Shown here: positions 11,349 through 17,219 of the stretch, piece after piece
Layout of the letters: every line of letters starts with the position of its first letter
Position numbering within the stretch: position 1 is the stretch's first letter
Source: Ruminococcus albus 7 = DSM 20455
Lineage (GTDB): Bacteria > Bacillota > Clostridia > Oscillospirales > Ruminococcaceae
Assembly (NCBI RefSeq): GCF_000179635.2
Contig: NC_014833.1
Span: 1 to 32,000, forward strand
Direction of reading: 5' to 3'
DNA length: 32,000 nt
Made by a program: the position numbers and the translations under genes
Notes under the pieces: model-generated
Told to the model about the DNA's origin: nothing
What the model saw: only the letters and a program-made list of their open reading frames with translations
Database searches by the model: none

Positions 11349-11677
11349 TATGTTGGTTGTTTATTCAGAACGTTTGTGGATATTATTGGGTGAAAACCCT
11401 TTTGAAAAAGGGTTATTCCCTAAACGTCAGCTTTGCTGATGTTGACTCCCTTTCCTAAAACTTCTATTTCTTTTTGGCAGGGGGCAGCTACACTAATAAA
11501 AGCGCAGTATGTTATCGTACTGCGCTTTCTTTATTAATATGTCTGCTCCCTGCCAAAAAGAGGCAAAAGTCTTTGGAAAGGAGTCCGGCATGACTTTGTG
11601 ATGCTTGGGAACAACCTTTCTTCAGAAAGGTTTTCCCCAGTGATCCCCGCAAACGTTCTGTACAGAAAGCCAACATA
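11349..11677. repeat. ~330-bp imperfect palindrome: two diverged inverted copies of a ~135-140-nt structured element flanking a terminator hairpin
   Basis: The left arm (11349-11487) and the reverse complement of the right arm (11543-11677) share blocks: tatgttgg, cagaacgtttg, aaaacc, ttccc, gactcc, tctttttggcaggg, gcag. Each arm keeps an internal 8-bp hairpin with a TGAA loop (11395-11414; 11613-11632) through compensatory substitutions. No ORF is present. Confidence 0.85.
11498..11530. terminator. bidirectional rho-independent terminator at the centre of the palindrome
   Basis: agcgcagta (11501-11509), 8-nt loop, tactgcgct (11518-11526). It is preceded by aataaa and followed by ttctttatt. 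Confidence 0.7.
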
Positions 11678-11729
11678 CCGCAAAAGGAAATTGATGGGTA
11701 AATTGATTATAGAAAAGGTAAAATAGTGC

Positions 11730-11758
11730 TTGACAAAAATATAAAAATGAGGTATTAT
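11730..11758 (+). promoter_or_regulatory. sigma-A type promoter for the 11831 gene
   Basis: TTGACA (11730-11735), 17-nt spacer, TATTAT (11753-11758), about 70 nt upstream of the ATG. Confidence 0.6.
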
Positions 11759-11830
11759 ATTATTGTATATAAATGTCTGAATTGTTACAAACGTTATATA
11801 TAAATAGGTAGTGACGAAAGGAGAACAATT

Positions 11831-12586
11831 ATGCCGAATTGTCCCAAATGTAATTTTCCCTATGAGGAAGGTCAGGCTTTCTGCAACACCTGCGGATGCA
11901 AGCTGCCCGTTTCAATAAAGCAGAAGGTCTGCCCCGTATGCGGAAATACTTTGCTTGAAAATACAAAGGTATGTAATATTTGCGGAACACCTGTAAACGA
12001 ATCACAGGATACCACCGCTGCCGAGGAACTTGCAAAACAGCAGGAGGCTCTTAAAAATCCTACCATGGATGCTGTTGAGATACCTGTTATAACCGATGAT
12101 ATGCTCCAGAATGAGGAGCCCAATAAGGCTGATATGCCTACTATGGACAGCATATTCATGCCCGGTCAGGAACCTGCACCCAAGTCCGTACAGACTGCTA
12201 AGCCTGCACCTGCTCCTGCACCAATACCGACTCCCGCACCTGCGCCGATACCTCAGAATCAGTTCCAGCAGACAAATCAGTATCAGCAGCCGGTACAGCC
12301 CCAGAACCAGTTCCAGCAGACAAATCAGTACCAGCAGCCGATGCAGCCCCAGAATCAGTTTCCACAGAATAATGTGCCGATAAATAATGCGCCCATAAAC
12401 AACGTTCCACAGAACGGAGTAAAACCGGGTAAAAAGAGCTTCGCTCCCCTGATACTTATTATCCTGATAATAGCCGTGATACTTGTGGACATTTTTGTAC
12501 TGTTCCCAGAGCAGATATTCAAGAAAAAGGATGACAGCGCAAAGAAGAACGCAGCTGTTATCACTGTTACTGATGATATATTCTGA
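11831..12586 (+). CDS. double zinc-ribbon protein with a Pro/Gln-rich low-complexity linker and a C-terminal TM anchor
   Basis: RBS aaaggag. N-terminal CPKC..CNTCG and CPVCG..CNICG, PAPAPAPIPTPAPAPIP, QNQFQQTNQYQQP(V/M)QP repeats, and the TM helix FAPLILIILIIAVILVDIFVLF. Confidence 0.8.
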   Translation: MPNCPKCNFPYEEGQAFCNTCGCKLPVSIKQKVCPVCGNTLLENTKVCNICGTPVNESQDTTAAEELAKQQEALKNPTMDAVEIPVITDDMLQNEEPNKADMPTMDSIFMPGQEPAPKSVQTAKPAPAPAPIPTPAPAPIPQNQFQQTNQYQQPVQPQNQFQQTNQYQQPMQPQNQFPQNNVPINNAPINNVPQNGVKPGKKSFAPLILIILIIAVILVDIFVLFPEQIFKKKDDSAKKNAAVITVTDDIF

Positions 12587-12602
12587 TGATCGCAGAACAA
12601 TT

Positions 12603-12630
12603 ATCGGAGCATGAAAATGCTCCGATTTTC
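12603..12630 (+). terminator. rho-independent terminator
   Basis: atcggagcat, GAAA loop, atgctccgat, followed by a T-run. Confidence 0.8.
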
Positions 12631-12648
12631 ATTTCAAGGAGGAAGTAA

Positions 12649-13417
12649 ATGTTTTATATCAACCGTATGGGCTGCAGCTGCAGACATGATGGAAATTTCG
12701 TACTGGATCAGCCCCGCGGCTATGAGGGTCACCTGATGCTGTTTGTCAAGACCAAGGCTGTGTTTGTGATAAATGGTGTCACTATAAATGTTGAACCGAA
12801 TACCTTTATAATATATGATAAGAATTCACCACAATACTATAAAGCCTGTGATGATGAGTATATCAATGACTGGATACAGTTTGAATGCAGTGAGGATATA
12901 TCTTCGGGTGTTGATATCAAGTTCGATATGCCCATATATAGGTGAATCCATTGATGTTGCCAGCTATTTCAGGCTGATAGCCGATTGCTACTACAGACGA
13001 AATAATCTTCAGACCGCAGGGTTCCTTATAAAGGCACTGCTTACAGAAGTATTTTCCGAAAACGGCAAACAGGAAGAATCGGGTATCGTTCATTACCGCG
13101 AGCTCCTGGATCTTCGCCGCAGGATATATGCCCAGCCCAGCGAAGATTGGAGCGTTGAAAAAATGGCTCAACTGATAAGTGTCAGTGAACCGTATCTTCA
13201 TCTGTTATATAAAAAAGCCTTTGGTATTACCTGCAACGCAGATGTTATCAACAGCCGCATTGAATCAGCAAAGCATTTTCTTGCGTATACCGACAGAACT
13301 GTTGAGGATATAGCATTCACCTGCGGCTATAAAAATGCAGTTCATTTTTCAAGGCAGTTCAAACAGGCGACTACACTTTCACCCAGCGAATGGAGAAAGA
13401 ATAATTCTGTGGTGTAA
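12649..13417 (+). pseudogene. AraC-family transcriptional regulator, split by a 1-nt frameshift
   Basis: ORF 12649-12945 encodes the N-terminal cupin-like sensor part. ORF frame +1 (12815-13417) encodes the AraC-type double HTH (…SVEKMAQLISVSEPYLHLLYKKAFG…FTCGYKNAVHFSRQFKQ…). The frames join at the atatata tract (12934-12940); removing one base gives ...DMPIYGESIDVASYF... Confidence 0.75.
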
Positions 13418-13418
13418 A

Positions 13419-13822
13419 TTTTTCAACACCGTCAGCATATCAATGTTGAAAACTAACTATCCAAGCGGAGAAAAATACCTCCGCTTGTTTTTTATCTCGA
13501 CTGACTTCTCAACCATGCGAGTATCAGATATTAAGAGCCGACTTTTCAACATCGTCAGCATACCAAAGTTGAAAACTAACTATCCAAGCGGAGAAAAAAT
13601 ACCTCAGCTTGTTTTTTATCCAGACTGACTTCTCAACCATGCGAGTATCAGATATTAAGAGCCGACTTTTCAACACCATCAGCATACCAAAGTTGAAAAC
13701 TAACTATCCAAGCGGAGAAAAATACCTCCGCTTGTTTTTTTCCCGACCGATTACCCCACTATGCGAGCATCAGATATTAGCAGCCGACTTTTCAACACCG
13801 TCAGCATATCAAAGTTGAAAAG
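13419..13822 (+). repeat. tandem array, ~123-bp unit x 3.3; each unit has a hairpin of inverted TTTTCAACA motifs plus a terminator-like hairpin
   Basis: Units start at 13420, 13543, 13667 and 13789 (the last is partial). Each has TTTTCAACA...(A/T)GTTGAAAA, and the three full units add AAGCGGAG-loop-CTCCGCTT followed by T6 (13463-13493, 13586-13617 with one mismatch, 13710-13741). The array fills the whole spacer between the convergent araC-like and noc-like genes. Confidence 0.95.
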
Positions 13823-14689
13823 TCAGACGGATTTTTCATCTGCAGTATTTTTTATCACTATAGTGTATTCTATGTGATCTTCCCTGTCGATACGTTTTGC
13901 TGTTGCCTCGACTCCTGCCAGCTTCATCACTTCAAGTGCCTTGTTCACTGAGTTGAAAAACAGCCTCACATCTTTTAACATTACAGCGCGTTTTTCATAG
14001 CTTGTCTTTTTCAACTCCTGACGTTCAAGACGGTCAATATATTTTTCAAGGGTATCAACTGTCCAGCTGCCGTTTATTGTTTTTGCGAGTATTTCCTTTC
14101 GTCGGTCTTCATCAGCCACCCTAAGCAAAGCGCGTGCATGGCGTTCGGTCAGTCCTTTTTCGATCATAAGCTGTTGTTCCTCATCGGTCAGCTTCAGCAG
14201 ACGAAGCTTGTTCGCTATGGTGGAACGTGCCATACCGAGTTTTATGGAAATCTTCTCCCGTGTTATCTCACCGCTTTCGATAAGTTTGTTTATGGCTGCT
14301 GCTTCCTCAAAACAGTTAAGATCACTTCGCTGGATATTTTCCAGCAAGGCAAGTACAGCCGATCTTTTTTTGTCTGCTTCTATCAGTATGCATGGCACTG
14401 TTTTCAGTCCTGCTAGTTTTGCAGCCCTTAATCTGCGTTCACCCGATATCAGTTCAAAATCATTTTCGGTCTGCCTGACCGTCAGGGGCTGGATTATACC
14501 GTTTGCTGTTATGCTTTTTGCAAGTGATGTCAGTTCTTCAGGTGAAAAATGTCTGCGGGGCTGAGAAGGGTTCGGACGTATATCTCCCGTACCTATCTCC
14601 AGAAGTTTTCCGGTATCAGGTATTTCCTCAACGGTTTCCTCACGTATCTCAACGAATGCTTTTGTTATAAAGTCAGTTAGTTTGTTCAT
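13823..14689 (-). CDS. noc: ParB-family protein, Noc-like (nucleoid occlusion protein homologue)
   Basis: 288-aa ORF with GGAGG RBS, the ParB N-terminal GERRLRAA box, and an HTH region ARSTIANKLRLLKL...LTERHARAL. That region resembles B. subtilis Noc more than Spo0J, from my memory of those sequences. It is divergent from parA-parB. Confidence 0.75.
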   Translation of the reverse strand: MNKLTDFITKAFVEIREETVEEIPDTGKLLEIGTGDIRPNPSQPRRHFSPEELTSLAKSITANGIIQPLTVRQTENDFELISGERRLRAAKLAGLKTVPCILIEADKKRSAVLALLENIQRSDLNCFEEAAAINKLIESGEITREKISIKLGMARSTIANKLRLLKLTDEEQQLMIEKGLTERHARALLRVADEDRRKEILAKTINGSWTVDTLEKYIDRLERQELKKTSYEKRAVMLKDVRLFFNSVNKALEVMKLAGVEATAKRIDREDHIEYTIVIKNTADEKSV

Positions 14690-14876
14690 TAATATGCCTC
14701 CTTTTCAGTATCCATATTGTAGCATAGCCGCCGCTGATTTTCCATATTTTTATGCGGCATATCCTTCGTCTTTTTTAGATGTTTTAGTTCATCAGATGTT
14801 TTATAGTGACATACATCTTCTTTTTTATCGGAATGTTTGTCGCTTTTGAAAGATAAAAAAGTGTAGCAAACAGAAA

Positions 14877-14892
14877 TGTTCCACGTGGAACA
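14877..14892. promoter_or_regulatory. parS centromere site (perfect palindrome)
   Basis: TGTTCCACGTGGAACA, compared with the Firmicutes consensus TGTTNCACGTGAAACA. Confidence 0.85.
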
Positions 14893-14933
14893 ATTTATAT
14901 TTTGTCTGTTTAGAATATCATTCCGAACAAAAA

Positions 14934-14949
14934 TGTTCCACGTGGAACA
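14934..14949. promoter_or_regulatory. parS centromere site (perfect palindrome)
   Basis: TGTTCCACGTGGAACA inside the 24-bp palindrome aaaaTGTT...AACAtttt. A degenerate half-site TGTTCCACATAGAAAA follows at 14977-14992. Confidence 0.85.
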
Positions 14950-15039
14950 TTTTATAACTTATCAGAAAAGAAAAATTGTTCCACATAGAAAATTCAGAAA
15001 AATGATTACGTGCAAAATGCAGAAATTTTAAAAAAGGGG

Positions 15040-15068
15040 TTTTCAAATCGTAAAAAATGTTGTATAAT
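15040..15068 (+). promoter_or_regulatory. possible parA promoter
   Basis: TTTTCA (15040-15045), 17-nt spacer, TATAAT (15063-15068), 35 nt upstream of the parA ATG. The -35 is weak. Confidence 0.4.
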
Positions 15069-15103
15069 AAAAAAGTACGAAACATTTGAAAAGGGGAGAT
15101 ATT

Positions 15104-15883
15104 ATGGGTAAGATAATTGCCGTTTCTAACCAGAAGGGCGGCGTTGGAAAATCCACTACTGTCTGCAACCTTGCCGCTGTATTCGGCGCAAGGGGCGAGA
15201 AGGTCCTTATTATAGATTTTGACCCTCAGGGTAACACTACCACAAGCTACGGTATCCAGAAAAGGAGCATACGCAATACCATTTATGATGTACTCATGGG
15301 TGATTGTTCACTTTTTGAAGCTGTGTGTGCTACTGCTTTCAGGGGCGTATCTGTTGTACCTACAACTCAGGAACTTGCAGGCGCATCCGTACAGCTTATG
15401 TCAATGGAAAACAGAGCATCACAGCTGAAAGAAAAGCTGTCCGAAGCTCGTAATTTCTATGATCATATTTTTATAGATTGTCCGCCTACACTTGATATGC
15501 TGACAATAAATGCACTTGTAGCTGCTGACTCGGTACTCATACCACTTCAGTGCGAATTTCTCTCACTTGAAGGACTTGTCGAACTGCACAGCACGATCGA
15601 CAGAGTAAAACAGGCATGGAATAAGTCACTCGTCATAGAGGGTATACTGTTTACCATGTGTGTTGACAGGTATAAGATCACAGGACAGATAGTCAGTGAA
15701 GTCAAAAAGCATTTTCCAAAGGAAGTATTTACAACTTCTATCCCGAGAAATGTTGCTTTATCCGAAGCACCCAGCTTTGGTCAGCCTGCTATATACTATG
15801 ATAAAAAGGCAAAGGGATCAAAGGCTTACGAAGAACTGGCTAAGGAAATGCTGAAACGTGACAAAAAGCGTAAAGCAAAGTGA
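15104..15883 (+). CDS. parA: ParA/Soj chromosome-partitioning ATPase
   Basis: Deviant Walker A NQKGGVGKSTT, with MGKIIAVSNQ as a typical N-terminus. ATG 15104 has AAGGGGAG 5 nt upstream. The ORF-track TTG 15086 is an over-extension. Confidence 0.93.
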   Translation: MGKIIAVSNQKGGVGKSTTVCNLAAVFGARGEKVLIIDFDPQGNTTTSYGIQKRSIRNTIYDVLMGDCSLFEAVCATAFRGVSVVPTTQELAGASVQLMSMENRASQLKEKLSEARNFYDHIFIDCPPTLDMLTINALVAADSVLIPLQCEFLSLEGLVELHSTIDRVKQAWNKSLVIEGILFTMCVDRYKITGQIVSEVKKHFPKEVFTTSIPRNVALSEAPSFGQPAIYYDKKAKGSKAYEELAKEMLKRDKKRKAK

Positions 15884-15892
15884 ATATAAAAA

Positions 15893-15908
15893 TGTTCCAC
15901 GTGGAACA
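15893..15908. promoter_or_regulatory. parS centromere site (perfect palindrome)
   Basis: TGTTCCACGTGGAACA inside the 26-bp perfect palindrome A5-parS-T5 (15888-15913), which begins 5 nt after the parA stop. Confidence 0.85.
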
Positions 15909-15956
15909 TTTTTGCTTGATGAAATATTTTCTCTGCAGGAGCATAAGATCATAAAT

Positions 15957-15972
15957 TGTTCCACGTGGAACA
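15957..15972. promoter_or_regulatory. parS centromere site (perfect palindrome)
   Basis: TGTTCCACGTGGAACA flanked by aaat/attt. Confidence 0.85.
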
Positions 15973-16190
15973 ATTTGTTGAATGACATGAAAAGTAATGA
16001 CAGTAAAGTTTCCGATACCAAGGAGACAATATATTATTCCAGCAGAAGATCATCAGGTCAGGATACAGCACACTATATAAAATGATGCAGATCCTGGAAT
16101 ATTCACACTTATAGAAAGTATATACCGATAAGATATATGGCTTTGGCGGTATTCATGCTTACCTCCATGGCAAGATAGAAAGGACTAATC

Positions 16191-17105
16191 ATGGGAAAGA
16201 AAAACAGAATGGGTTCCGGACTTGATATGCTGTTTGCTGAAAATACTCAGCCCGAAACAGTATCAAGCGAACAGGAGAGTAATGATAGTGTGGCTATGGT
16301 GAAGATCACACTGCTTGAACCGAATAAGGATCAGCCAAGAAGCCTGTTTGATGATGATAAGCTTTCTGAACTGGCTGACAGCATAAAGGAAAACGGCGTA
16401 CTTCAGCCAATACTTGCAAGACCTCTGGATAACGGCGGCTATCAGATAGTTGCAGGTGAACGCAGATGGAGGGCATCAAGGCTGGCAGGTCTTACTGAGG
16501 TGCCCGTATATATAAAGGAACTTGATGATAAGCAGACCATGCAGATGGCACTTATCGAGAATATACAAAGACAGGATCTTTCACCTGTGGAAGAGGCAAA
16601 GGCTTATAAAAACCTTATGGATACCTATAATATGACTCAGCAGCAGGTGGCTGAGTCGGTAGGCAAGTCGCGTTCGGCTGTTGCCAATTCTCTGAGACTG
16701 CTGGAACTTACAGCAACTGTAAGAGATATGGTGGATAATGGTGAGTTGTCAGTGGGTCATGCCAAGGTACTTTCCGGTGTTGACGACGATAAACAGTGTA
16801 TATTAGCAGAACGTATCATCAGTGAAGGATTGTCCGTAAGGCAGCTTGAGGACGAGATAAAGAAGCTGGCACTGTCTGAAACCAAGAGATCAGATGATGA
16901 AAAGGCAAGTATACGCAAAAACTCGATCAAAAAGGACAGACCTTTTCTGTATGAGTTCATGATGTCCGTAAACGCGGTATCGGATTACAACGTTAAGGCT
17001 AAAGAGGAACGCGGAGGCGGAGTAAAAGTGGAACTAAAGATACCAAAGGAAGTTGATGCGGAAACACTGTTGTCAAAACTTGCAGTTCTTTTGACAGATG
17101 AATAA
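16191..17105 (+). CDS. parB: ParB/Spo0J chromosome-partitioning protein
   Basis: 304-aa ORF with GSGLDMLF near the N-terminus, a GERRWRASRLAG box, and an HTH region QQQVAESVGKSRSAVANSLRLLEL. Confidence 0.93.
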   Translation: MGKKNRMGSGLDMLFAENTQPETVSSEQESNDSVAMVKITLLEPNKDQPRSLFDDDKLSELADSIKENGVLQPILARPLDNGGYQIVAGERRWRASRLAGLTEVPVYIKELDDKQTMQMALIENIQRQDLSPVEEAKAYKNLMDTYNMTQQQVAESVGKSRSAVANSLRLLELTATVRDMVDNGELSVGHAKVLSGVDDDKQCILAERIISEGLSVRQLEDEIKKLALSETKRSDDEKASIRKNSIKKDRPFLYEFMMSVNAVSDYNVKAKEERGGGVKVELKIPKEVDAETLLSKLAVLLTDE

Positions 17106-17123
17106 AAATACTTCTGTAAGGTA

Positions 17124-17152
17124 TTGACTTTTTGTGGGATTTAATGTATAAT
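17124..17152 (+). promoter_or_regulatory. sigma-A promoter for secA
   Basis: TTGACT (17124-17129), 17-nt spacer ending in TG, TATAAT (17147-17152). Confidence 0.65.
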
Positions 17153-17219
17153 ATAATAGTCTATTTATATCAATATCATAAAGATGATCTTTACTGTACA
17201 ATAAAAAGGTGGCTAGATA

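Noticed and set aside
12096-12410. Alternative-frame ORFs within the PQ-rich region of the 11831 gene
   Set aside because: These are open frames created by low-complexity repeats. The annotated frame has the RBS, the zinc ribbons and the TM anchor.
13335-13818. ORFs 13335-13628 and 13609-13818 encoding repeated DFSTMRVSDIKSRLFN... peptides
   Set aside because: These are artefacts of the ~123-bp tandem repeat. They span terminator hairpins, have no RBS, and the first overlaps the 3' end of the AraC-like gene.
13419-13822. Possibility that either tandem array (13419-13822 or 26671-27116) is a CRISPR array
   Set aside because: The units are contiguous direct repeats with no unique spacers. The unit lengths (123 and 93 bp) are far from CRISPR repeat sizes, and no cas genes are in the window.
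15858-16085. 75-aa ORF in the parA-parB spacer
   Set aside because: It overlaps the parA 3' end, reads straight through two parS palindromes, and has no RBS and no recognisable domain.
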